Source: Vitrella brassicaformis CCMP3155 (lineage: Eukaryota > Protista > Chromerida). From it: DNA of 42,980 nt. Where the stretch lies: NCBI GenBank assembly GCA_001179505.1, contig CDMY01000611.1:1-42980 (forward strand), written 5' to 3'. Position numbers and translations under genes: made by a program. Of this stretch, positions 33,151 through 42,980 are shown piece after piece. The notes beneath the pieces were generated by a model. It searched no databases, was not told where the DNA came from, and worked only from the letters and a program-made list of their open reading frames with translations. Position 1 is the first letter of the stretch. The number at the start of each line of letters is the position of its first letter.

Positions 33151-35235
33151 GCTAAATATCATAAAATCGATCGAGACCAGACCTTCTCCCTCCATTCTAA
33201 CGGCCCCTGCGCATGTGTAGCATGCGTGAGTTTCCGTTTGCGTGTGCATGACAGACAATGGGACTACGCCAGCGGCCACATAAGAGATCTCACTGCCTGC
33301 CCCATATATCTGCCTATATATGTCTGCCTATGTGTCTATATATATGTGTCTGGCTGGCTCTGTTTTGGATGCACACGTACCTGTCTCTCTCCCTGTAGGT
33401 GAAGTCCCTGCAGTAGTTGGAGCAGACCATGTGGCTTCAGCCCTCTGTCTTGGAAACCACCGCGCCGCAATGAGGACACACATTCATCCGGTGATGCTGA
33501 ATAACTCGGTGTATGAATCACACACAACACACAAAGATACACACACACACACACACACACATCATGCAGCGATCTATCTCTTGGTATCGGAGGAATGCCC
33601 TTTCGCCCCGTGGGTTTTCGGCCGCAAGTTTCTGCTGAATTTGCTGACTGCATGCATGTAGGTAAGTGCACCTCGAACGCGATGGCCTGATTGTCTGTAT
33701 GTCTGTGTGTCTGTATGTGTTGGACGGGCTTCATCTTCTCTGCGCTCGCTCGACGTAAGCCCCTTTGAGTACACACACCTCTCCCTTCATTCGTTATGTC
33801 GTTCGACGAGCCCGTAAGACCTGCCACACAAGGTGTCTCGCCTATGCCTTCGCGCATGGGCAGGGGCTCCCAGCCCCCGATGAGCCTTCGGGGGTTTAGA
33901 GCGGGAAGTCACCGACGACTATTGATTCGATCCAGCTTGCAATGAATGCGAAGTCAGTTTGTGAGATGGTGCAGTGTGTTGAATGATGTATCTCACTTTT
34001 CGTGTCATCTATAGCTGCAGACCTCTGTAACCTCATGGCCAATGCGATGCAGCCGTCAAATGATGAAGCGGCATGAAGAGTGTGTGAAACTTGTTGTGCC
34101 TCAGAATAAATCAATGGTAACGAATTCATTGTCAAAGACACAATTTATCAAACAGAATAAGCCCGAGCGCGCCACGTCGAAAGCATTATCGCCCACACTC
34201 ACATACAAGGTCTGTCTGACACCGTAGGTGACATGACACAGTACAGAGGCGAGGCGCTGATTTCAGAGTGAAGAGGGCAGAAGGATGAGAGAAGAAAGGC
34301 GAAGCGACCCTTTTCCCAAAAAGGCATTTCACGATTTGGACGCTTTCAGGCTCTCCATCTGACAGGCTTCTTAATCACCCCCATCAACGGTACACCGGGT
34401 GATTTGCATGCGGTCAAAGTGTGTATGTACCTTCCTCCAAGAAGACGATCACGGATGAGAAATAGAGGGTGTAGTCCTTCAAAAAGACGGTCACGGATGA
34501 CCAACAGAGGGGGCAGTAAAGTTCAAAAGTAAGAATCCCAATCACGCTCGTACGCGGCATGGAAACGACAGTGGATGCAGAATTGGAGGCCGGTGGAAGA
34601 GAGAAACAGCAAAGCACTCTCTTGCTATGCTATTAGCGCAACCGTACTCTCAGGAGCAGCACCCTTGTGAGTCGCAATCGACTTCAGACCGCCAGAATAT
34701 CTAGAAGCACTCAGTGATGCATATGCTCGACCATATGATGTCGAGAGCAAAAGAAAAGCGAACACGTCTGGATGACGAAGAGAAAGCCGCAAAGAAAAGA
34801 CAGTTCTCGTCATTCGTATCTTTCATACAGTTCTTATACTCCTTATCGCGTAGAAGACCAATCATGCCTACACGCCGAGTGTCTACATACGTACAAGTCG
34901 GAACGACGAAGGCACATGCAGTGAGACGAAAAAGGAACTTTCTGTATGAACCAAGAAATCATGAAAACAACGTAGCCCCATACCACCATGCGCACTATGC
35001 GATAGAATGAGGGAGGTCTCAAATTGACAGTAAGAAAGTACATAAGAAAGCGGCACTGCAAAAAGGGGCGACTATGAAGCCTCCTTGCCAGACCTGCCTC
35101 CCTCTTGTGGAGATGTTGAAAGAGCACGATTTGTCCTGCACTTCCGGTTCGGACGCCTGAAGGACAACAGCAAGTAGCAACCGTCGGGAACGACTGGGCA
35201 CTATGTCGGCAGACCACTGCTCTGTGTTCGTTTAC

Positions 35236-35502
35236 CTATTGTGCTGCAGTATCAGACTGCTCAATGCCGGTCACAGCACCAGCAAGTTCACGGGGGACTT
35301 CTGCATCACCCTTGTAAGCCACTGCTCCTTTAGGCATGTCCTCTGGGGTCCGCAAGAGTTCACGACGCGTAGGGCGGCAGCAGGCACCCGATGGTAGGCA
35401 GTAAGGAGGAGAACATCCGGAACCAGGGCAAGGGACACACTGTTGCACCGACGGCTGAAGGACGGCCAAAAGAATGACGAGAGCCAAGACGAGCTTCATC
35501 AT
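35236..35502 (-). CDS. Intact 88-aa secreted peptide precursor with a six-Cys defensin-like core and C-terminal pro-region
   Basis: MMKLVLALVILLAVLQPSVQQ-CVPCPGSGCSPPYCLPSGACC-RPTRRELLRTPEDMPKG..EQSDTAAQ*. Single exon, ATG at 35502/35499, TAG at 35238-35236. Confidence 0.7.
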   Translation of the reverse strand: MMKLVLALVILLAVLQPSVQQCVPCPGSGCSPPYCLPSGACCRPTRRELLRTPEDMPKGAVAYKGDAEVPRELAGAVTGIEQSDTAAQ

Positions 35503-35794
35503 GCTTGCGGGGTGGATGAAGAGGCAATTCAAAGCTGGCAATAGACACGAAGGAGTTCGTCGATCCGCAGGGAGAAGAAAGTTCTCGCCCTCCCGTTTTT
35601 CCTTCGCAGATCAGCCTTTTGAACGCTGAGATCTCTGGGTTCGGCCGCTGAACGGACCTCTCTTGTACCTCATCTCTAAGGGCAAGGACGTGCCGCTGAC
35701 AGTTCGAGGTTCCCGGCTGCTCTCCTTCCGGACGATAGATCTGACTTCTCCCGCCCATCCGAGCGGTCCTGCCCTGCTCCAGGACCCGAGCGGG

Positions 35795-37581
35795 ATGGCG
35801 ACAAGAGTGCCGCCCGCCTATCCGCCACCAGGAGATCCTCCCGACTCGGCCATGCAGCCATTCTCGCAACCGGAGGACTCCCAGTCAGCCCCTCGCGCTC
35901 GTCACCTCGTGCTCGTCACTCGTCACCAGTCCTTCCTTTCTGCCTGGACCTCCCACGGCGTGGATGACTCCCGCGCGCAGACCTTCCACGTGGCGTTCAT
36001 GATGATTCGGTGGTCGGGAGGAGTGGAAGCGGCGCGCACGGCGCTCGACAACCTCACCCGGCAGGCATTCGGCGACCCCGCCATGCGGGAGGCGGTGAAG
36101 GCGGCCTCCTCGCCGCTACTGATTGGCATCGCCGAGTCGCTCGAGTACTCATCCGACCCCGGGTCGTCGCCGAAGCGAAAACGGCGGTGCCAACGGGGCA
36201 AGAAGGGTCGCCCGATCTGGTCGGGGGGCGGCTTCGATGCGTCCTAGGGCTTTCCAGGGCGCCGGCCGCCCAATCAGCGGCGGCGGTGCCCTCCTACCCC
36301 GCCGCCACCGCCATCGCCACACCCTCAGCAGGGGAGTCATCGGACGAGTCCCTCGACGAGTCGCCGGTGGAGGCCGCCCCTCTGGAACGCCTGCCCACCC
36401 CCAGTGCCCTCTTCCGCGACCAATGGAGACAGCGGAAACGCCTCCGGAAGTGCTTCGGCTCTCCTTCCCCCCCACCGGACCTCCGCCGGCCGCTCACTCG
36501 CAGCTCGAACGGCTCCCGCACTGCCCTCTCCCGCCGCGCATGCGGTCCTCCCGGGAGTCCTCACCCGCGCCCATCCCGTCGCCTCCAGTCTCGTCCTCCG
36601 AGCACACCTGCGCAAACTACAGCCCAACTCGACAGCGGCCGGCGTGCGGAGCCGGCTGCGGCAGGGGGCTCGTTCATCGGCCACGGCCCTGCTGCGGCAG
36701 CCGCTGGACCGGCCAACGCGGCTAGTGCCGGATCTGGGCACGCAGGGATCCGATGGCAACGATAGGGATGCGGACATGGACGGATGGGGGGACGGGGAAG
36801 AGGATGAGGACGAAAACGGCAGCCGGTACCCCCTGCCTGTGGCCGCCCTCCAGCAGCTCGCGACTTGAGACATCAGCCATTCATGCAAGGGCAGATCCCC
36901 ACGATCAACAAATGGGTCGCCCGTCGGGAGTTCGCTATTCGCGCCGCCCGCGCCAACGCTGTAAGATGGTGAGAGGCAATGTAATCTTCCGGCACACGGA
37001 GGTGCTGGACGTCCTGTGCGACATCTCTGCTCAAGCATTCGGTGCCTCGGCAGTGAGGAAGGAGGTCGTGCTTATGGAGGGAGACGGGGAATGGCAAAGG
37101 GGCTGAAGGTGGACATGGTAGTGAGGGGTGTGTGGGAGTGGTAGAAGGATGCGTCGTTTGACCTTTGCGTGATCAACGCTGACGCGTCTTCCTACCGTCT
37201 CACCTCAATGACCTCCGTCATCCACAAGAACGCGCGAGACAAGAAGACAAAGCACCCGCGTGTCTGCGAGGATCGGTCCATCCAGTTCACCCTTCCTGTC
37301 GTCACCGTGGATGGAGTGTGGGAGAGAAAAGGCAGAGCACTTTTTCGATCGTGTGGTTGATACATTGCATTCCGAGTCTGGCTGGCATGAGAAGTCGCAT
37401 GGGCAAGTGTTGGGATGAGTGCGTGCTCGTGTGTCTGTTGCGCTGGCGCGTGGTGTGAGTGTTTGTATGGGTGGGGCATGTTTGTTGCTGATTAGTTGTT
37501 GACTGGTTGGTCTATGCAAGCTTTTCGATGGACTGATGGACAATTCGTGCCATCGCACTATGCGTTGATACCTGTCTCTCA
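35795..37581 (+). mobile_element. Internally deleted CRE-like non-LTR element (5' region joined to the RLE end, RT missing); 5' boundary uncertain
   Basis: GNVIFRHTEVLDVLCDISAQAFGASAVRKEVVL..LKVDMVVRGVWE..DASFDLCVINADASSY..VCEDRSIQFTLPVVTVDGV (~36970-37330) is homologous to the RLE at 24250-24570 (-). The 3' terminal motif matches that element. No RT motifs between 35795 and 36970. Confidence 0.75.
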
Positions 37582-37900
37582 TGACTCGCACACAAAGGGA
37601 ACGGAATGAAAGCTAGCTTGCTGGATTGTATTGGCATAGTGGTATTGCTTGGCTTCCCGCTTTTTCATGGTCGCTCCGACTTTCTGGTTGGCTGTATTGA
37701 TGGTCATGATGGATTGGCGCTCATTTTCGCCATGCCATGCATTTTCTACTTGTGTTCGCACTATCTGATTATCATCAGACTCTAGTCAATGGCCACCGAT
37801 CCTTTCAGGGAAACCCCTCCCCCTTTTTTCCCCATTTTTTATGTCTGTTCGGCACAAAGACATGACGCGTGCCTTGTCACTCTTTCTAATCAGCGCTTGT
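37579..37900 (-). mobile_element. Possible decayed RLE C-terminus of another non-LTR element, truncated at the 3' end of the CRE-like derivative
   Basis: ..ATMKKREAKQYHYANTIQQASFHSVPFVCES* resembles the RLE K..Y......F.P(F)..E(S/T).G end. Confidence 0.3.
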
Positions 37901-38289
37901 TTTAATCTCCACCCAGCGATAAATCCTGAGTAACTAACAAACTGTGACTGACGATGATGTAAGATCAATCAATGTTTTCTACAAAGTATGTGAGCATTGC
38001 GAAGTGAGTGAGACGTTATGCTGTTTCTCAATCAACTCAACAATTGACATTTGTCAACTGCTAGGGTATACAAGCATACTTCTTTCAGTCATACACCATG
38101 CCTGCAATTCAATCTTTGTCTCCATCTTCCTTATCCTCATCTCCCTCCTCCTCAAGTCCTCATCTGTATAGTCAGATTGTACATACAAGGTATGCATATC
38201 TATGTTTCCCTCCCTCCCTACCCTTCATGTTCAGAACATATACTATGTACCATCATCATCGTCGTCATCATTGTCAGCATATCCGTCTA

Positions 38290-39720
38290 AGCCACCAGAC
38301 TGACCATCCTCATCTTCATACTGCAGAGAGACAGACGGACGAGAACAGGTACAGAAAGAATTTCACTGAGAAAATACAAACAACTCCAATCTTTCTCAGC
38401 GCCATCCCTTTTTCTGGCCTGCTCGTTTGATAACTCCAATACCATCCTCATAACGGACTCATTCTCGAAGTACCATCTATGACAATTGCCTCTCACTTGG
38501 TCCCAGAGAAGGAAGCGATGGGTTCCATGACCACGCAAATCGACCGGAACGCATCGTCGTACCCCATAAGTTCGATATTTCCCTATTCCCTCGGTCTTCC
38601 AGCACCCGTAGTCGAGCTAAGCGCTTGTACTGACATAGCCACGCCCGTACTGTGCGCAACGATGGTAATGTGAGTGTACAGAGGATCCTTCTTATTCACC
38701 ACGGCCAGGATCGCATTCTTCACACGGTCACAGATCATCGACCGCACTCGTGCGTCTTTAGTGGTCACAGCCTTGCTGAGAGGGGCATTGATCAGATACT
38801 TTCGGCCGAAATCAGTGACGTTGACGATAAAAAACAGTGGGGAGATCAAGAACATTATAATGGACGCCATCCATAGCGCCCAGCTGACGCAATAAAACCA
38901 GCTCAAATTGTTGGACAGCGGATTTTCACCACTGGGTGAGGCAGCGGCGATGAGAGTACACGGCTAAAAACAGTGTGCCGACGAACCACAGGAACAGGAC
39001 GAAGGCCGTGAGAAGAAACCCACATGCAAGTTTTCCCTTGTAGCAGCTGGCCCACATTGAGGAGCAGCACCAGAAGAAAATCAAGCATATGCCGCGCCAC
39101 ACCTGAATGGCCAAGTTCTCGTCGCCCATTTTATCGATAAAGTCGCCCCAGAAGGCCTCATATATATCGACACGGCAGCTGTTCTTCTTGATGAACACAC
39201 TGGTGCGGCTTGGGTGAGTTGGATGGTCGGTAAGGTTGGCGAGCCCCGTTTTCCTCATGCCTCTGACCAGCAACTTAAGCTTCTCATCCTTCACTATGTC
39301 GTCATAGCCGGGCACCAGGATGATCGCCCTCTGTTCCAGCACACGAGAAAGAGGAGTGAGATGCCTTGTGTCAGATATGTATTGTGTGCTTACATCTGGG
39401 TTGGGGGGGCGCTAGCCCTCTCCGTATCGGCATGCAAGACCTCCATTATGTGCGCCCTGCTGAAGCACACATCCGTACAGCATCCCTATCACCTCCCGAA
39501 CCGACACTTCGCACGGCATGCCTATCAAGCATGAGCGTAAAACTGCATCAAGGTATACTCACAGGTTGCATATTAGCAGCCGTCTGTATAACCACCTCCG
39601 TCGGTACATGACCATGGGGCTGCTCAATATCATGAGGGGCTGCTTCTCGAGCTGCCATTCCGTTGGCCCGCGGTTGATGCTTCATGAGTGCTTTCTCGTG
39701 CGGAAAGACTGCACACACCG
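38290..39720 (-). pseudogene. Membrane-associated alpha/beta-hydrolase (lipase-like) pseudogene
   Basis: AIILVPG, VDIYEAFWGD, hydrophobic TM stretches, lipase box ITIVAHSTG (~38640-38670) and a His motif NCHRWYFENESV (~38460-38495). Frameshift at ~38920, stop at 38583. Two small 5' exons (~39564-39710, ~39394-39510) end in gtgagt/gtaagc donors. Confidence 0.65.
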
Positions 39721-39923
39721 AGACACACACAGATGTTATACATACACACGTAGAGCTGTATTGGTCAGCACTTGTACCTGCGTGTGTGAGCCAGTGCCAA
39801 AATACGAAGGGCTGAAAACCAACTAGAACGCACCTATATGCGCGTCACATGTACGTGATTCATATGGCGCCCAGCCATAGAAGCACTCATCATATATGTG
39901 TGTGTGTCTGTCGCTCTCAGTAC

Positions 39924-40317
39924 TGTCAGGAATGCCAGCTTGGCAAGACGAACCACTATGAGCTTGTGAGCTAGGGTAGATTACTGTGTAACGGAGAGAG
40001 AGAGAAGAAGACAAGGAAAGACAGACAAGGACATATACTGATGAGACACGATCTTATCAGCCATCACCGAAGTCAGATCTGTGTTGACCACCCTTCATGA
40101 TGCCATACATGGACAGAAACAACTTTGACTGACTGGCCAGTCCATCGGTCTTACTAAAGTAAAAGCACACTCTTCACTGGGACTTACCGCCCAGCAGATC
40201 CTCTATTCAGTTAAGTACAGGAAAGGTCCTCACCGGCCTTTTCTCACTTGGGCGCAGCAACTTGGTTCTTGCTTATCTGAGCCGAAGCCCTCGCCAGCCG
40301 ACTGACAGATTCTAACA
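39924..40317 (+). mobile_element. Copia-type 5' LTR (394 bp)
   Basis: TGTCAGGAAT...ATTCTAACA termini (imperfect inverted repeat), followed by a leader and gag; homologous to the solo LTR at 29668-30044. Confidence 0.75.
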
Positions 40318-40429
40318 GGTCTATCAGTGTCTTGCGCAGTATCATCAGCAGCCAACTACAGTATCAGCAGTAGTCAACTACTAGCAGTACCTGAAGAAAG
40401 ACAACAACTACATCAACAAAGCAGACAGC

Positions 40430-40840
40430 ATGGATGACACTCAACCTAGAGACAAAAGCCACCTTCCCCGTCTTTACCGGCAGGAGTGGCGAGAACAACA
40501 TCAAGTGGCGCGAATGAGACTTTACTCTTAGAGCCTACTTAGCAGCAAGAGAGATGAATGCGAAAATATATTTACCTACTAAGGATGAGGATGTCCCGCC
40601 GATGAAAATAGCGGTGCCACAAATGGACGGCAACAATCAGCCCGTGGTGAACCAGCAGGGACAGCCAATCCTGATTGAGCAGGACAGCTCCAACCCCAAG
40701 AACCTCCGATGGCTGTTCGGCTTCCTCGCCCTGCAAACAGCAGACAGGGCTAAGCGACTGATTCAAGAAGCATGCCAGAAGCACGGCGAGAATGATGCAT
40801 GGGCGTATCTCGAGCTGCGAAAGCGGTTCATACCTGATCG
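40430..40840 (+). pseudogene. Copia gag N-terminal fragment
   Basis: FPVFTGRSGENNIKWRE*DFTLRAYL..RAKRLIQEAC..NDAWAYLELRKRF: Copia gag F.G.N...W...AYL and LI....AW..L...F pattern, with a frameshift and a stop. Confidence 0.65.
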
Positions 40841-42810
40841 TATGCAGGTATACATAGGGCTCCTGAGGGTGACGAAGGAACCTTTTGTTGAGTAGTTAGT
40901 TGTAGAGAGTGACATTTCATACGCGCGGGGCTTCCTTGAGGCCATACAATGCCTTCCGTAGACGAACAACATGGCCGGGCTTCTCATATCCAGGTGGGCA
41001 CCGCATAAAGACAGGCTTGTCCAGCGGGGCGTTGAGGAATGCTGTGTTGATGTCCATCTGATGGATCTCTAGGTTAAATTGATTCGCCAGGGCAAACGCT
41101 GATCGAACAATGTGGTAGGAAAGCATGGAAGAAAACACGTCATCCACTTGGTTGCCATCTTGTTCGAATCCTTGCGCGACAATGCGGGCCTTGTACTTGT
41201 CAGGCTTGAGGGCAAATACCCATCTGCATAAGATGATTTTGGTCGTTGCGGCTTTCTCCGGCACGTACTCAAACACTCTCAGGTCTTCAATCGACTTCAT
41301 CTCACGATCCATGGCTTCTTTCCATTAGTCTGCTGCTGTTGACTTCATCGCTTGGGTATAGGTTTTAAGTATGGTTGGCTGGAATAGCTGTAGGAGTGAT
41401 GGGTCTTCTGTCATCTCGTCATCTTCATTCACAAAGAGCAGGTCAGGATGATCGAAGAAGTGGTCTTCATAGATGCGTCCAAAGATGCGTCGCTCATCTT
41501 TTGTTCTTGTCGTTCTTGTTTGTTGCTTATCAGTGTCTTCCTCTTTTTCTTGACCATTGCCTTCCTCAATGACCTTCATGTCATTATGGGCGTCATTTGT
41601 CTCCTGATAATGATGTGGTTCGTTGTTGTCATCGTGTATGTCCTCGATTGCTGGTAAGGGCTCACTCACAGACGCCTCGGGCCGTTGTGAATAGATAAGA
41701 TCGATTGCTGGTGGTGCTCGTGGCTTCTTCTCTTGTCCAGGCAGTATCGCCTCATCAAACAGCACATCGCGTGACAGCACCAATTGCCGTGTGTGCGGCA
41801 GGTACACGAGATAGCCGTCCTTGGTCGCTGGGTCATACCCAAGTAAGATGCCGATCTGCGTGCGAGAGTTTATCTTGCCAATCGTCTCTTTCCTCTGGTT
41901 GATGTGTGCCTTGCAGCCGAAGGTGCGAATGTGGCCGACATCGGGTGGATAGCCGATGAAGAGCTCATGTGGTGTCTTCATTCCCTCGTTGGCTGCGGTT
42001 GGCGTGCGGTTCTTGATGTACGTCGCTGTGGCCGTCGCATAACACCAATAAGATGCGGGTAAGCCGGCAGTGAACAACAGTGCACGCGCCATAGCACAAA
42101 TCACACCAATGGCTCGCCCAGCCACTCCATTCTGGGACTGATGATATGGCAAACTCCTCTCTTGTCTTATCTGGTTTGTCTCGCAGAACTCTTTCCACTG
42201 GCCCTTGATGAGCTTCGCCCCTCCATCTGTCCTCACTGCCTTAGGCATGCGGACTGCAGTGCAGTACTGGATGAATGCAGGAGGGGCATTCCGATTTCTT
42301 CTTGAGGAAGTAAGTCTGCAGCCACCTTGATGCATCGTCGACCACCACCATCAGGTACTTGTATCCTCTCTCGCTTGGCTGTTTGATCTGTGACAGGTCG
42401 ACGTGGATGAGATCACTAGGGTATTGGTGTCAATACGCACCTCCTGCATACGGCAGTTGCTTCATTTTGGCCTTCGGACACACTTCACACTTGGTCTTCT
42501 CGTCGTCACTGTTGTTCTTCTTTGCTGTTGGTGCGTGTTTTGTCACTTCAGGTAGTTTCTTGATGTATCCATCATTGACGTGGGCAAATCGCTGATGCAG
42601 TCGCTCTTGTGTGAGGACTTCTGCGACTAACACGTCTGTTGTCATCACATTCGTCGGTTCTTCATTCTTATCGTCCACCGATGATGTGTGCGGCTGCTCC
42701 ATGACGTCAGCCACTCGCTCATCGGTCGCATTCGAGCAGTCGGACGGGTCCTTGTCGATGTTGAGGTACCAGAATCGCCCTTCACGCATCAATGGGTACA
42801 TATCTCCTCT
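40840..42810 (-). mobile_element. Ty1/Copia pol fragment (GAG-pre-integrase, integrase, N-terminal half of RT), inverted relative to the flanking gag and PPT
   Basis: LHQRFAH..CEVCPKAK; LIHVDL..YLMVVVDDASR; VRTDGG..QNGVAGR; RTFGC; SRDVLFDE; WKKAMDREM; CRWVF..KARIVAQGFEQ; HQMDINTAFLN; LRKALYGLKEAPR. Integrase precedes RT, as in Copia. Confidence 0.93.
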
Positions 42811-42814
42811 CTTT

Positions 42815-42980
42815 AGGGGGGGGGAAACTGTCATTAACCGTAACACTCGTCTGTGTGTCCGTGATACTCATACAAATACAGTCCCATCAGCACGCAGACT
42901 CAAACAGGCTCAAGGGGAGGAGGGATCAATCCCCGCCCCATCAGCACACCCCAGTCCCGCAAAGCCTCCCCTCCCTCCCC
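42815..42980 (+). mobile_element. Polypurine tract (42815-42827) plus the start of an LTR (from 42829), truncated by the window end
   Basis: A-G9-AAA-C then TGTCATTAAC; beyond TGTCA it does not resemble the 39924 LTR. Confidence 0.6.

Noticed and set aside
33570-33660. 'PWVFGRKF' resembling the GT14 FARKF motif
   Set aside because: That frame stops before the donor; another frame (DLSLGIGGMPFRPVGF..) is open between the splice sites. The exon's gene is unassigned.
34414-35010. Hydrophobic minus-strand fragments with a 42-bp imperfect tandem repeat (~34443, ~34485)
   Set aside because: Multiple stops in all frames and no recognisable family; not enough support to call a gene.
40318-40335. 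Canonical tRNA primer-binding site
   Set aside because: The sequence is ggtctatcagtg, not TGG-initiated, and I could not match it to a tRNA by eye.
25400-40520. RIP-like hypermutation behind the many TGG-to-stop changes
   Set aside because: Too few sites, and the contexts are not consistently CpA or CpG; ordinary decay is sufficient.
42829-42980. 3' LTR partner of the 39924-40317 LTR
   Set aside because: No similarity beyond TGTCA, so not a matching LTR pair.
1-42980. tRNA/rRNA genes
   Set aside because: No cloverleaf or rRNA-like segment recognised by eye; tRNAscan-SE and Infernal were not run.

Overview
Eukaryotic genomic DNA with short GT-AG introns full of (CA/GT)n and (GGAT)n microsatellites. 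This style, plus the protein families seen, suggests a chromerid alveolate such as Vitrella (inference). Left third (1-14.9 kb, minus strand): one giant multi-exon gene for a secreted, multipass CRMP-like modular adhesion protein (PAN/apple x3, bacterial-Ig-like x2, Cys-rich repeats, LNR, GCC2/GCC3 ephrin-receptor-like repeats, C-terminal multi-TM), running off the left edge. It sits head-to-head with a frameshifted lineage-specific gene. The rest (18-43 kb) is a pseudogene and transposon graveyard. It holds a 60-bp dimeric minisatellite with an inverted unit, and an AT-rich Polinton/Maverick-type integrase relic split by a CRE-like non-LTR retrotransposon (17-bp TSD, MSL2-like CXC domain). 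There is also a ~1.63-kb tandem duplication containing a perfect 28-bp hairpin, a solo LTR, patatin, gluconolactonase and alpha/beta-hydrolase pseudogenes, an internally deleted CRE-like element and a rearranged Copia cluster. One intact ORF stands out: an 88-aa secreted precursor with a six-Cys defensin-like core at 35236-35502 (-). Most ORFs in the supplied track are microsatellite or antisense artefacts. All domain names come from motif recognition by eye, not database searches; boundaries of decayed features are approximate.
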